DNA of 64,000 bases from an uncultured Pseudomonadota bacterium (GTDB lineage: Bacteria > Oederibacteriota > Muellerivitia > Muellerivitales > Muellerivitaceae). The notes under the pieces are model-generated. The model had not been told where the DNA came from. It worked only from the letters and a program-made list of their open reading frames with translations, and did not search any database. Below are positions 40,759 through 51,623 of this stretch, in pieces (positions within the stretch are counted from its first letter, which is position 1; each line of letters opens with the position of its first letter). Both the position numbers and the translations under genes were made by a program. Where the stretch lies: NCBI GenBank assembly GCA_963770835.1, contig CAVYRH010000005.1, positions 224,001 through 288,000 on the forward strand, in the 5' to 3' direction.

Positions 40759-41585
40759 AGCATCCAATTCCGAGGCGCCTCGGGATTGTTGGCTGCGGGG
40801 CCATCGGATCGCTGGTATCCCGGCTTCTCGAGAAAAAGAAATCCTCTTTCCGCGTGACGGCCGTCCTAGACAGCCTTCCTTCTTCCGCCCTGAAACTTTC
40901 CAAGAGCCTAAAATCCCGTCCCCTCGTCTGTACAAAGCTGGGCCAACTTCTGTCGAAATGCGACTTCGTCCTGGAAGCGGCGTCGGTGAAAGCCGCCCTG
41001 CCAGTTGCCGAAGCCGCCTTGAGGCGCCGCAAACCTATCGTCCTGATGAGTACGGGGGGATTTCTCCTTAACCAGAAAAAACTGTCGGTCCTAGCGCGCA
41101 AGTACCGCACCAAAATTTACCTGCCCTCGGGCGCCCTTTGCGGTTTGGATGGGCTTAAGGCCGCCCGCCAAATCGGGAAAATCAACGAATTGAGGATTAC
41201 CTCCACCAAGCCGCCCGCCGGGTTTCAGGGTGCCCCGGGACTCACCCCCGCTCAAAAACGTTTGCTTTACAAATCCAAGTCGGCTTTTTATCTTTATAAG
41301 GGTGATGTGTGGGGCGCCGTCCGGCGCTTTCCGGCCAACGTCAATGTAGCCGCCACCACCGCCTTAGCCTCCGGCAACCCCAAGAAACTCAAGGTGCAGG
41401 TTATGGCCGACCCCAAGATGAAGTCCAACCAACACGAGATCCACGTTTCGGGGGATTTTGGGGAACTTACCGCCGTAACCCGGAACCGCCCTTCCCGGCA
41501 AAACCCCAAAACCAGCGCCCTGGCCATCCAATCGGCCCTCGCCTTATTTGAGCGGCTCGAAAGCTATGTCGAGGTGGGAAATTGA
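40755..41585 (+). CDS. nadX: L-aspartate dehydrogenase
   Basis: GIVGCGAIG, EAAS, PSGALCGLD, FPANVNVA, NPKTSALA. Confidence 0.9.
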   Translation: MKHPIPRRLGIVGCGAIGSLVSRLLEKKKSSFRVTAVLDSLPSSALKLSKSLKSRPLVCTKLGQLLSKCDFVLEAASVKAALPVAEAALRRRKPIVLMSTGGFLLNQKKLSVLARKYRTKIYLPSGALCGLDGLKAARQIGKINELRITSTKPPAGFQGAPGLTPAQKRLLYKSKSAFYLYKGDVWGAVRRFPANVNVAATTALASGNPKKLKVQVMADPKMKSNQHEIHVSGDFGELTAVTRNRPSRQNPKTSALAIQSALALFERLESYVEVGN

Positions 41586-42562
41586 GCGCGGATGCCGCCG
41601 AGGGCCTTTCCTGCGCCATCCGTATCCGCGACCTCTCCAAAACCTACAAAACCGGTTTTTGGTTCACTCCGAAAGTCACCCAGGCCCTGAAGAACGTCCA
41701 TCTCGACATCTATGAAAGCCAAGCCTTTGGCCTGATGGGCCTGAACGGCGCAGGGAAGACCACGTTGATCAAGCTGGTCTTAGGCCTTCTTAGGCCGACC
41801 ACGGGCTCCGTCGTTGTTTTGGAAGGGTCCATTTCCCAACGTGCGGTGCGGCAACAGATTGGTTACCTTCCCGAGCTGCCTTATTTCTCAAAGCAGCATA
41901 CGGGCAGGGAACTTTTGGGGTATTTCGGTTCCCTTCATGGTTTGTCCGGATCCGCCCTCCGGCACCGGGTGGATGAGATATTGGAGCTCGTCCGAATGCG
42001 TCCGGCGGCCGGCCAAAGGGTGTCCGGATATTCCAAAGGAATGCTCCAGCGAATTGGCATCGGCCAGGCCCTTATCGGGAAACCTAAACTCCTCATTTGC
42101 GACGAGCCCATGAGCGGTTTGGACCCGGTGGGCTACAAGGAAATGCGGGATATTTTCATCGATTTGAAAAAAACGGGAACCACCATTTTCTTGAACACCC
42201 ATATCCTGGACGAGGTGGAAAGAATCTGCGACCGGATCGGCATCCTCCATGAGGGGGTGTTGAAGGAAGTGGTTCCGATCTCCAAGATCCTGGAATCTTC
42301 CGTGCCGGTGGATTACTGGGTGGACGTGGACCGTAAGGAAGTTCCCAAACTTTCCGGGTTACCTTTCCAGGAACCGATCCAAAAAAACGGAGGTGTCCAG
42401 GTTTCAGGCCTCGTTTTAGCGGAAACCCTCTCGCTTTTGACTTCGCGGCAGGCCCAGATCAACGGGGTTCGGCCCCTTTCCTCCCTCGTGGAGGCTTATT
42501 TTCTCAAGGCGATCGGGGCGCAGGAGCACTTGAACCGCCCCCAGGAGGGGAATAAGGCATGA
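41582..42562 (+). CDS. ABC transporter ATP-binding protein
   Basis: GLNGAGKTT, YSKGMLQR, DEPMSGLDP, H-loop. Confidence 0.93.
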   Translation: MSADAAEGLSCAIRIRDLSKTYKTGFWFTPKVTQALKNVHLDIYESQAFGLMGLNGAGKTTLIKLVLGLLRPTTGSVVVLEGSISQRAVRQQIGYLPELPYFSKQHTGRELLGYFGSLHGLSGSALRHRVDEILELVRMRPAAGQRVSGYSKGMLQRIGIGQALIGKPKLLICDEPMSGLDPVGYKEMRDIFIDLKKTGTTIFLNTHILDEVERICDRIGILHEGVLKEVVPISKILESSVPVDYWVDVDRKEVPKLSGLPFQEPIQKNGGVQVSGLVLAETLSLLTSRQAQINGVRPLSSLVEAYFLKAIGAQEHLNRPQEGNKA

Positions 42563-42751
42563 ACCGATTTTCATTTGTTAACATCCGGAAACGGAAATCG
42601 GCTCAATACCGACTTCCTTATTCGTTTCCCACAAACGGAGAGTCGGCATGCGCCGATTCTCCTTCACAAAGGACAATGAAATCGGTGCTATGCCAACTTC
42701 TTTTCAAAAGCTTTTCCAACGGAGAGTTGGCATGAAACGAATCCTTTCCGT
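42556..42751. repeat. Degenerate palindromic repeat cluster with ~42-bp period
   Basis: GGAAATCGG..CCGACTTCC; GGAGAGTCGG..CCGATTCTCC; GAAATCGG..CCAACTTC; GGAGAGTTGG. Confidence 0.55.
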
Positions 42752-43508
42752 TACCTCGTTTACTTTCCGGGAACTCATCCGGAGCCGTCTGTTGTTCGTG
42801 TGGCTCATCAGCGTGGTCGTGCTTTGCGGCTTGGCCTACCTTATTTCCATCCTTAGCTTCGGAAGCATTCTTGAAATCTTCATGGACCTGGGATTGACGG
42901 GGATGGAATTCGCGGGCACTTTGGTGCTTCTTTTAGCGCTTGCGGTCACCTACAACACTGAAATGGACCAAAAAGCCATCTTCCTTCATTTGGCCAAACC
43001 CCTCACCCGGGGGGAATATCTTCTGGGCCGCATCCTTGGATTTTGGTTAGTGATCAGCCTGGTGATCCTGGGAATGGGTTTGGTAGTGGTCGGACTGGTT
43101 GTCTTTGCAGGGGGCGGTACGGTCCCCCCACTCTTTTACGACTGCGTTGCTTTTATGCTCCTGGAAATGTTTGTTTTGACCGTCCTGGGCCTGACCTACC
43201 AGGCAATCGGCACCTCCATGGTGGGTGTTGTTCTTTATGCCTTTTTCACCATTTTCCTGGGGCACTGCGTGGGAGTGGTCCAATGGCTTTTGAACCAGCA
43301 ATTGGCCAATTGGGTCATGGACCTCTTAAAGACGATTTATTACCTGCTGCCAAACTTGGAGGCCTTCAACCTCAAGGACCGCCTCTATGACCCGAATTTA
43401 ATTTTAGGCTGGCCCCAATGGCAGGAAATCATTCTTTACACCTTTTCCTATTCCTTTGTGGTTTTTCTCATCGGTTGGATCAACCTTGAAAAAAGGGAAT
43501 TCAAATGA
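42732..43508 (+). CDS. ABC-2 type exporter permease
   Basis: TFRELIRSR, LAKPLTRGEYLLGR, YYLLPNL, six TM segments; GGAG RBS before ATG 42732. Confidence 0.88.
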   Translation: MKRILSVTSFTFRELIRSRLLFVWLISVVVLCGLAYLISILSFGSILEIFMDLGLTGMEFAGTLVLLLALAVTYNTEMDQKAIFLHLAKPLTRGEYLLGRILGFWLVISLVILGMGLVVVGLVVFAGGGTVPPLFYDCVAFMLLEMFVLTVLGLTYQAIGTSMVGVVLYAFFTIFLGHCVGVVQWLLNQQLANWVMDLLKTIYYLLPNLEAFNLKDRLYDPNLILGWPQWQEIILYTFSYSFVVFLIGWINLEKREFK

Positions 43509-44218
43509 GGGCGGGCATATCGGAAGGGGTCTTGAAAACGGTGCCGTGGCTTATCCTGTTTTTTTTCATCTTCCAGGCTCTCCTTTCCTCCCGCCTCCAG
43601 GATTGGGTGCATCCCACCCCCTTCGCGGTCAGCCAAGTCCAGGGGGTAGACAAAAAGATCACTTCCACCCTCCGGGCAGTGGCCTTATTGACGGGCAACA
43701 AGGTTTTGGTGGGCCATGTTTTTTGGATCCAAGTTATTCAATACTATGGGGACGACGACAACGCGGCCACGCGCTTCGACAAGCTTTATAATTATTGTTG
43801 CCTGGCGTCGGACTTGAACCCCCAGTTTATTTCCATTTACACCTTCGGGGCGAACGCCTTGGCGTTCCATTTGAAACGCTACGACCAGGCGGCCCGCCTA
43901 CTGGAAAAGGGCATTAAGGCAAACCCCCACGCCGAGCGGTTGAAGTACCTCTTGGCCGCCATCGGCTTCCAGAATTCGGGCAAGGCGGACTTAAAGTTGA
44001 TCATTCCCGTTTTGGAGGAGGAAGCCAGCCGGCCCGACGCTCCCCCCACCATGGTCAATATCCTGGCCAACACCTATCAAAAAGTGGGTCGCTACCAGGA
44101 GGCGGTCCGGGTGTGGCAGAAACTTTTGAAGGAAGGCGAAACCGACGAACAAAAGATTGTCGCGGGCCAAAAACTCCAGGAACTTTACGCAATTCTTAAA
44201 AACCAAAACGGACATTGA
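43505..44218 (+). CDS. Membrane-anchored TPR protein associated with the ABC exporter
   Basis: N-terminal TM, WIQVIQYYG, LNPQF..IY, LLEKGI..NP. Confidence 0.75.
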   Translation: MRAGISEGVLKTVPWLILFFFIFQALLSSRLQDWVHPTPFAVSQVQGVDKKITSTLRAVALLTGNKVLVGHVFWIQVIQYYGDDDNAATRFDKLYNYCCLASDLNPQFISIYTFGANALAFHLKRYDQAARLLEKGIKANPHAERLKYLLAAIGFQNSGKADLKLIIPVLEEEASRPDAPPTMVNILANTYQKVGRYQEAVRVWQKLLKEGETDEQKIVAGQKLQELYAILKNQNGH

Positions 44219-44326
44219 ATCGCCAAGGGCGCCAAGAGAAACGAATGATAACGATGGTAAAACAGGGAAATAAAATGATGTTTAGCAAATTTTTTCTTGG
44301 TGCCCCTTGTGCCTTTGGTGGTTCAA
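44215..44326. repeat. Inverted 9-mer-type repeat element
   Basis: TTGAATCGCCAAGGGCGCCAAG ... CTTGTGCCTTTGGTGGTTCAA; related to 49433-49543. Confidence 0.6.
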
Positions 44327-47034
44327 ATGTTCTTTTTCTTTTGATGGTTTGCCTTCTTCCTGGGGTCGGGTTCGCCCAGGTCAAAACCGATTCCTCCCCA
44401 AAATCCGTCTCGCCACTGACTACCGAAAGCCTGCCTAAGGTAAAGCCCGCTGACCCCTTTTTGGCCCATTCCCGGCATTCGTTTTATTTCCAGGACACCC
44501 TGGCCAGCGTCCTGCTGAAATATACCTCCAGCCCGGATTTCAACCCCCAGGACCCGGCCTCGGTGAACGACCTCGGTTATATTTACTATTATTTTGGCGA
44601 ATACGCGGACGCGGCCACCCAGTTCAAAAAAGCGCTGGACTTGAACCCCGCTTTCGCAGACGCCTATATCAACCTGGGCGTGACGGCCTATAAGACGGGC
44701 GACACCGACCTGGCCCAACAATACCTGAACAAGGCCTATCAAATGGATTCCTCCCGGGGCGAGGCTGCTTATGACCTGGGTCTCTTGGCTTTCGAGCTAA
44801 ACCAATTCTCAAGGGCCACGGGATTCTTCGAGGAGGCCTCCCAGAGCCTTTCCCAGGACCCCAAGGTATGGAACAACCTGGGTTGCGCTTATTTTCAGCA
44901 GAAAAACTACGCCCAGGCCTACCAGTGTTTTAAGGAGGCCGTGGATAAGGGAGCGGGCTTCTACCACGCTTATTACAACCTGGCGGTGGCCTCGGTGCTT
45001 TCCGGCAACTACGAGGGCGCAGTAGAGGACACCCAGAAAGCCGTCGAACTGGCTCCCGCCAACCCGGACGCCTATAACCTTTTAGGGTTGGCCTACCTTT
45101 TCAATCAAAGTTATTTGAAAGCGTCGGTAGCCTTGGCCCATGCCATCCAATTGGACCCACGCAACGCCGGCTATTTCAACAACCTGGGCCGGGCTCAACT
45201 GGGCCTGGGCCACACCAGGGAGACCGAGAAGGCGCTTAATCAGGCGCTTCTTTACCAGCCGGACTTAAAGCCAGCCCTCTGGAATATGGGTGATTTGAAA
45301 TTGCGCCAGGGCAAGTATCCGGAAGCCCTGACGCTTTATGAAAACGTTGCGGATTGGGAACCGGCCATGGAAAGTCCGGTTTTCCAGTACAACTGGGGCG
45401 TGGCTTATTACAAAACGGGGGATAAGGACAAAGCCAGGGAACTTTGGGAAAAAGCCAGGGGCATGGACGCCCAATACATGGAGCCCCTTTATGGCCTAGC
45501 GGTCTTATATGAGAACCAAAAAGATTACGAGAAATCCTCCGCCCTTCTTCGGCAGGGGGAAACATTGGAACCCCAATCCTCACGCTGGGTGCGGCTGGAA
45601 GGCGACCTGGACATGGTCCAGGGAAAATCCGCCGAAGCCTTGGCCGCCTATGAGAAGGCGAAAGCGATGGGCCAGAAAGATGCCGATCTTTTCGCCCACA
45701 TTGAACAGCTCAAAAATACGGATGAGTCTCCCTCCGCGACGTCGCAACCGGAAGAGGCCAATGACGAGGCGGGCTACCATGCCCAGGTTCTTCACCTGGA
45801 AGACGCGGGAAACCTGGACGAGGCCCTGGCCCTGGCCAGAAAAGCGGCTGACCAGTGGGGCTCCAAGCCGGAAGTTTGGGAAGACCTTTCGGACGTTTAT
45901 TTGAAGATGGATCAAAAACCCCAGGCGCTGGAGTCCATGGAAAAGGCCCAACGCCTCTCCCCCCAGGACGGGCATTACCTGGAGGAATGCGGCCACATCG
46001 CCTATTTGAGCGATAAGTTCGAGATCGCCGAACATTATTTTGGGGAAGCCGCCCGGACAACTTCCTCTACTTGGCAGACCGCCCTGGGATTGGGCTCCTG
46101 CTACTACCGCCAGAACCTTTTTACGGAAGCCATCGCCTATTGGGAGAAGGGAGCAGCCGCCTACCCGCACCAGCCGGAGTTTGACTACAACCTGGGCCGG
46201 GCCCATTATCAGAAGGGGGAATTCGCCCAAGCCGCTTTTTATTACAAAAAGGCGTTGGAACTCAAACCCAATTATCCCGAAGACATCACCAACCTGGCGG
46301 CCCTGGAACTGGACCAGGAAAATCTGGTGGAAGCCGGGCAAAACCTGAAGAAGAGCCTGGCCTTGGACCCCCAATTAGCCGAAACTTATTTCAATTTGGG
46401 GAACCTGGAAATGAAAACGGACCATTTCGACGACGCGATGAAATATTACCAGCAGGGCCTGCGGATAAATCCGGATGACGCCCAAGGTTATTATTGCCAG
46501 GGTGTGGCCTGTTTGAGGCAGGGCCAATGGGTGAAGGCCGAAACCTTCCTCGAAAAAACCCTGGAGAAGGACCCGTTAGATGCCGACGCCCTTTACAACC
46601 TCGGCAAGGTGGCCGTGGAACTGAACGATTATTCCACTGCCCGTAGATACTTCGAGGAATCCCTCAAGTACAAGCCGGGCCAGGATGACGCTTATTTCGG
46701 CATCGGCCTGGTGTATTATCACGAAGGGCAGTACAAGGATGCCCAACTTTATTTCGTGAAGGCTCAAACCAGCTTCAAAGTCGCCCATGAGGCGGCCTTT
46801 TACCTGGGCCAGACGGAGGAAAAAATGGGTGATCCGGATTCGGCGGAAGCCTTTTACCGGCAGGCCATCCAGTTGAAGCCGGGTTTCGGCATGCCCCATT
46901 TGGCCTTGGGCGATCTTCTCAAACAAAAGGGAAGGCTGATGGAAGCCCGCATGGAATACCAGAAGGCTGCGATCCAACAGGAATATCCCGAAGTCGCCAA
47001 AGTGGCGGAAGACCGGTTGGCCCAACTGCAATAA
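44276..47034 (+). CDS. Large secreted TPR-repeat protein (start uncertain)
   Basis: Signal-like N-terminus and roughly 20 TPR motifs (AYINLG, VWNNLG, TYFNLG). Confidence 0.88.
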
Positions 47035-47037
47035 ACG

Positions 47038-47122
47038 CAGATATTAGATGTTAGCGGTTCGATTTTGGCTTCGACTTTGGAGTTGTTTTGGCTAATAGTT
47101 AACAGCTAACCGCTAATGTCTG
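47038..47122. repeat. Inverted heptamer repeats
   Basis: CAGATATTAG ATGTTAG CGGTT ... GCTAATA GTTAACA GCTAACC GCTAATGTCTG. Confidence 0.55.
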
Positions 47123-47136
47123 TCTTTCGAGGTTTT

Positions 47137-48060
47137 ATGATTCACTTAGTCACCCTGAACCCGGCACTCGATTTGGAACTGGAGCTGAAAGACCCAGCCC
47201 AGGGGAAAATCGGCGAGGTTCTTCATTCGGATGTGGAAGCAGGCGGGAAGGCCCTCAATATCGCCCGTTTTTTAGGAAAAAAGGGGGCTGCCTGGACCGC
47301 TTGGCTGGGCACGGGCGGCGGAAGCCATCCAACCCATGTTCTTTTAAAAACCCTTTTAAAAAGGGAAGGCATTCCAGTTAGATATCTCAGTTCCAAAGCC
47401 CCCATCCGATTGAACGTCGTCGTGGGAACGGGGGAGAAAAAGCAAAAGTACAATCACTCCGGCTTTGAACTGGACCTTACCGATTTTGGACAATTGGACC
47501 GGTCGGTTAAAAGGGGCGACCTCCTGGTTTTGACGGGCCGCCTGCCCCATGGGATGAACCCGGGCCTTTACCGGGCCTGGGTTGACGCCTTCAATCGAAA
47601 AGGTGTTTGGACGGTGGTGGATACCTCCGAGAAGGCCCTTTATGAAGTTCTTCAAGCCAAACCCTGGTTTTTCAAGGTGAACTTGGAGGAACTGTCCGAA
47701 GCCATGGGATGGACGGTGCCGGGCCTTTTTGCCGTCCCAACCTTAAGGCGGACGGTCCTGGTCAAGGCGGGCTTGGTGCACGGGGCGGTCACGGATGGCG
47801 CCAATGGCGCGGTGGTTTGGAACGAAGAGGAAATCCTTTCGGTGAAGTATTCAGGGAAAGCGACGAAGGGTTTCGTGGTGGGAGCCGGGGACGGCTTCCT
47901 GGCGGGCTATTTGAGGGGGATTCACCAAAATAAAAACCTGAAGGATCGCGCCAACCTGGCCTGCGCTACCGCCACCGCTGTGGCCCAGACGGGGATTATG
48001 GGATTCAATCCGCAGATGGTTTCGAAATTGATCCAAGGTGTAAAGGTTACAAAGTTTTAA
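47137..48060 (+). CDS. PfkB-family carbohydrate kinase (1-phosphofructokinase-like)
   Basis: VTLNPALD, AGGKALN, VVDTS, KVNLEEL, VGAGDGFLAG. Confidence 0.9.
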   Translation: MIHLVTLNPALDLELELKDPAQGKIGEVLHSDVEAGGKALNIARFLGKKGAAWTAWLGTGGGSHPTHVLLKTLLKREGIPVRYLSSKAPIRLNVVVGTGEKKQKYNHSGFELDLTDFGQLDRSVKRGDLLVLTGRLPHGMNPGLYRAWVDAFNRKGVWTVVDTSEKALYEVLQAKPWFFKVNLEELSEAMGWTVPGLFAVPTLRRTVLVKAGLVHGAVTDGANGAVVWNEEEILSVKYSGKATKGFVVGAGDGFLAGYLRGIHQNKNLKDRANLACATATAVAQTGIMGFNPQMVSKLIQGVKVTKF

Positions 48061-48072
48061 GCACAAATTCTT

Positions 48073-48142
48073 ATCTGTGTGCATCTGTGGCTTAAAATAT
48101 CCTTGCCTTACTCTGTGTCACTCTGTGAACTCTGTGGTGAAA
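48073..48142 (+). repeat. TCTGTG 9/10-mer tandem repeats
   Basis: ATCTGTGTGCATCTGTGG ... CTCTGTGTCACTCTGTGAACTCTGTGGTG. Confidence 0.6.
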
Positions 48143-48149
48143 AGGTTTT

Positions 48150-49427
48150 ATGAACGGCGAATCCCGCGTTATCTATTCCGTCACTGAACTGGTCCAGACC
48201 GCCCGGGCGCTTCTAGAGGCCAAGTTTCCCTATGCCTTGGTCCAAGGGGAAATCGGCCGGTTCATCAAACACCCCTCCGGCCACATGTATTTCGACCTCA
48301 AGGACGAAAAATGCCTTGTCTCCTGTGCCTTCTTCAAGGGAAGCAACCAGGGACTGACCTTCCAGCCGGAACAGGGCATGAAGGTCATCGCGGGCGGAGT
48401 CCTAACCCTTTACGAAGCCAGGGGCCAGTTTCAGCTCAATGTCCGCACCTTGGAGCCCGTGGGAGTCGGCGGTCTCTTGCTGGCCTTCGAACAGCTCAAG
48501 AAAAAACTCCAGGCCGAGGGCCTGTTTGATGAATCCCGCAAAAAAACCGTGCCAGAACATCCCCATCGCATTGCGCTCATTACTTCCCCCACCGGCGCGG
48601 CCATCCAGGACTTCATGAAAATCCTGGAAACGCGGGTGGGAATTGATGAAGTGGAATTGTTTCCCGTAAAGGTGCAGGGGACCGAGGCCCCGGAGGAGAT
48701 CATTGCCGCTATTGAAGAAGTTTCTAAAAGGGAAGAACACGACGTCCTGGTCCTGACCCGGGGCGGGGGAAGTCTGGAAGATTTGGCGGCCTTCAACGAC
48801 GAAGGAGTCGTGCGGGCCTTGGCCGCTTGTTCCATTCCCACCATTTGCGCGGTCGGGCACGAGGTGGATTTCAGCCTTTGTGATTTCGTCGCCGACCGCA
48901 GGGAACCCACCCCCACCGCCGCGGCGGCCCACCTGGCGCCCGGCAAGGACGAGGTTCAGGAGCAACTGCAATATCTCCAACATCGGCTTCGGGAAGCCCT
49001 GGAAAGCCTATTGGACGGCAAAAAACGGGACTTGCAGGAACTTCTTAAGACCCTCAAAAGCCGCCGCCCTGACCTCCTCTTGGACCAAGCCCGGCAGGAC
49101 CTCGACCGACGCATGGACGACCTGCAAGAAGCCTTGCGGAACTCGCTTCAGGACAAGCAACTCCAACTCCAGCGCCTTTCCGATTTCCTGGCCCGCGCCA
49201 CTCCCTTGCAGGTGATGAAGCCCTTCCGCGAAAAGCTCAAAGGCTTGGAAGCCCAATTGCAGGCCTACCATCCCCACGGCCCCTTGAAGAGGGGTTATGC
49301 CATCGTTACCGAGAAAGAAAGCGGTTCCATCGTGCGGGATGCGGCCCAAGTCAAAAAAGGTGACCGGCTTATGATCCGGGTGAAGAAGGGCCGGGTGGAG
49401 TCAGAAGTGGTTTCGAAAGAAGAATAA
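48150..49427 (+). CDS. xseA: Exodeoxyribonuclease VII large subunit
   Basis: GEI, SGHMYFDLKD, TSPTGAAIQD, RGGGSLEDL, GHEVD, TPTAAA. Confidence 0.96.
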   Translation: MNGESRVIYSVTELVQTARALLEAKFPYALVQGEIGRFIKHPSGHMYFDLKDEKCLVSCAFFKGSNQGLTFQPEQGMKVIAGGVLTLYEARGQFQLNVRTLEPVGVGGLLLAFEQLKKKLQAEGLFDESRKKTVPEHPHRIALITSPTGAAIQDFMKILETRVGIDEVELFPVKVQGTEAPEEIIAAIEEVSKREEHDVLVLTRGGGSLEDLAAFNDEGVVRALAACSIPTICAVGHEVDFSLCDFVADRREPTPTAAAAHLAPGKDEVQEQLQYLQHRLREALESLLDGKKRDLQELLKTLKSRRPDLLLDQARQDLDRRMDDLQEALRNSLQDKQLQLQRLSDFLARATPLQVMKPFREKLKGLEAQLQAYHPHGPLKRGYAIVTEKESGSIVRDAAQVKKGDRLMIRVKKGRVESEVVSKEE

Positions 49428-49432
49428 GGCAT

Positions 49433-49543
49433 TTGAACCACTAAGGCACAAAGGGGACTAAGAAAAGCCGAAGCAGTTTAGGATTTCGAACATTTAATCT
49501 TTTCTTTGTCTTCCTTTGTGCCCTTGGTGTCTTTGTGGTTCAA
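49433..49543. repeat. Inverted 9-mer-type repeat element
   Basis: TTGAACCACTAAGGCACAAAG ... CTTTGTGCCCTTGGTGTCTTTGTGGTTCAA. Confidence 0.7.
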
Positions 49544-49580
49544 TAGGTTTTCCTTTTAGGCCTCAAATTTCGGAGGAACC

Positions 49581-51539
49581 ATGAAAAGCTTGAATCTTGC
49601 CCTGATCCGGTCGATGCTGGCGGCTGTCTTTTTACTCGCTGCCGGGGCTTACGCGGAGGATTCAACACCCGTGGGACATTATAAAAACTTCAAAACAGCC
49701 ATCTACATCACGGTCGGTTCAACCAAATCCTTCACCGATGCCCAACGATTGGAAAAGGAATTCAACCGGGCCATGGGCCAGGTGAAGTTCGACAAGGTCT
49801 ACCTGGAAGTCTACCGGGACAAGAACTTTTGCGATGAATCCACCCTGGATGGCATCAAGAAATTCTTCACCGACCACGGGGTAGAGGTTTGGGGTGGCAT
49901 CACCCTCTCGGCCGGAGGGGGCAAGGGCGGCCAATTCGGGACCTTTGACTTCGAAAAGCCCGCCGACCGGGCGGAATGCAAGAGGGCGGTAGAGATCGCG
50001 GCTCGGCATTTCGACCACGTCATCCTGGATGACTTTTTCTTTTATACCAGCAAGTCCGACGCGGACATCAAGGCTAAGGGAAAGCGGTCCTGGACCCAAT
50101 ACCGCCTGGACACCATGCGTGAGGCTGCCCGGGACCTGGTTCTGGGACCCGCCCGCAAGATCAACCCCAACATCAAGATGATCATCAAGTACCCCAACTG
50201 GTACGAGCATTTCCAGGGCCTGGGCTACGACCTGGACAAGGAAGCCCAGATGTTCGATTACATCTACACTGGCACCGAGACCCGCGACCCTTACATCACC
50301 GACCAGCTCCTGCAACAGTACGAAAGTTATGAGATCTTCCGTTACTTCAGCAATATCCGGCCCGACGGCGGCAACTTGGGGGGCTGGGTGGATACCTATA
50401 GCACCCGCTATGTGGACCGCTACCCGGAACAGTTGTGGGACACCCTGTTGGCGAAGTCGCCGGAAATCACTCTTTTCAATTGGTACCCCGCCGCCGAATC
50501 CAAGGGAGTGGAACCGGGTGACCGGGAGGCCTGGAAGAACCTCGATACCAGCTTCAATTGGGACGAGATGGTCAAGAGCTTTAAGCCCATGGGGGGCGAC
50601 ACGGCCCCGGCCGGCTGGGGGAGGGTGGCGGGATACGCCTTGGAAAAGATCGACCGGGTTTTGGGTAAGCTCGGCAAACCCATCGGTATCGCCAGCTACA
50701 AGCCTTACCAGTCCACGGGCGAGGACTTCCTCCACAACTACCTGGGCAATTGCGGTATTCCCATCGAGCTTTATCCCCAATACCCGAAGGACGCGGATAC
50801 CATCCTGCTCACCGAGTCCGCCAAGTTCGACCCGCAGATCGTTTCCAAGATCAAGAAGAGTTTGGCAGAAGGGAAGAACGTCTTCATTACCTCGGGGTTG
50901 TTGGGCGCGCTCCAGGACAAGGGCATACGGGACATCGTGGAGGCGGAGCCCACGGGCCGCATCGTCTCCATCCATGATTTCATCAACGGGTTCGGCGCGG
51001 GGAATGGGGCCTACTTGAACGACCCCAAGCAAGACAATCCTTCCATCCTGTTTCCGGAAATCCGCTTTTTCACTAACGACGCTTGGGGCATCATCCGGGG
51101 CGTAGCCTCGGCCAAGGGTTATCCCATCGTACTGATGAACCACTATTCGAAGGGGATCATTTATATCCTGACGATCCCTGAGAATATTTCCGATCTTTAC
51201 AACATGCCCCGGGAGGTGTTGGCCGCCATCAAGGGTTATCTTCAAGCCGATTTCCCGGTGCGGATTGACTCGCCGGCCCAAGTGGCCTTGTTCGCCTACG
51301 ACAACAACAGCTTTGTCGTGGAATCCTTCCGGCATGACCCCTGCGAAGTCACCCTAACCCTCCCTGGCGCGGATGGAAAGGTCAAGGATGCTGTGACCGA
51401 TGAATCCCTGGCGCCTTTGCCCCGGCCCACTCCGGACCCCAAAAATTGGTGGGCCAGGCAGAATCCTCCGGCTCCCAAAACGGATTTCAATGTCTCGATT
51501 CCGCCGCACTCCTATAAGGTTTTCACCATTGAGAAATGA
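49581..51539 (+). CDS. Secreted hypothetical protein, possibly a TIM-barrel glycoside-hydrolase-like enzyme
   Basis: Signal peptide, GGAGG RBS, ILDDFFF, IIKYPNWYEH and GTETRD motifs; function not established. Confidence 0.7.
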   Translation: MKSLNLALIRSMLAAVFLLAAGAYAEDSTPVGHYKNFKTAIYITVGSTKSFTDAQRLEKEFNRAMGQVKFDKVYLEVYRDKNFCDESTLDGIKKFFTDHGVEVWGGITLSAGGGKGGQFGTFDFEKPADRAECKRAVEIAARHFDHVILDDFFFYTSKSDADIKAKGKRSWTQYRLDTMREAARDLVLGPARKINPNIKMIIKYPNWYEHFQGLGYDLDKEAQMFDYIYTGTETRDPYITDQLLQQYESYEIFRYFSNIRPDGGNLGGWVDTYSTRYVDRYPEQLWDTLLAKSPEITLFNWYPAAESKGVEPGDREAWKNLDTSFNWDEMVKSFKPMGGDTAPAGWGRVAGYALEKIDRVLGKLGKPIGIASYKPYQSTGEDFLHNYLGNCGIPIELYPQYPKDADTILLTESAKFDPQIVSKIKKSLAEGKNVFITSGLLGALQDKGIRDIVEAEPTGRIVSIHDFINGFGAGNGAYLNDPKQDNPSILFPEIRFFTNDAWGIIRGVASAKGYPIVLMNHYSKGIIYILTIPENISDLYNMPREVLAAIKGYLQADFPVRIDSPAQVALFAYDNNSFVVESFRHDPCEVTLTLPGADGKVKDAVTDESLAPLPRPTPDPKNWWARQNPPAPKTDFNVSIPPHSYKVFTIEK

Positions 51540-51623
51540 GTCCTTGGAAAGCTTCCAGTGGTGGGAGACTTTTCAAGTATTTTCAAAACGGTTAAGATGT
51601 CCTAGCTTTCCTGGGAGGGTTCA

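Noticed and set aside
49719..51335. Long minus-strand ORFs (538 aa here; also 57146-58519, 39826-40935, 45580-46374)
   Set aside because: Antisense shadows of GC3-rich plus-strand genes with no recognisable motifs.
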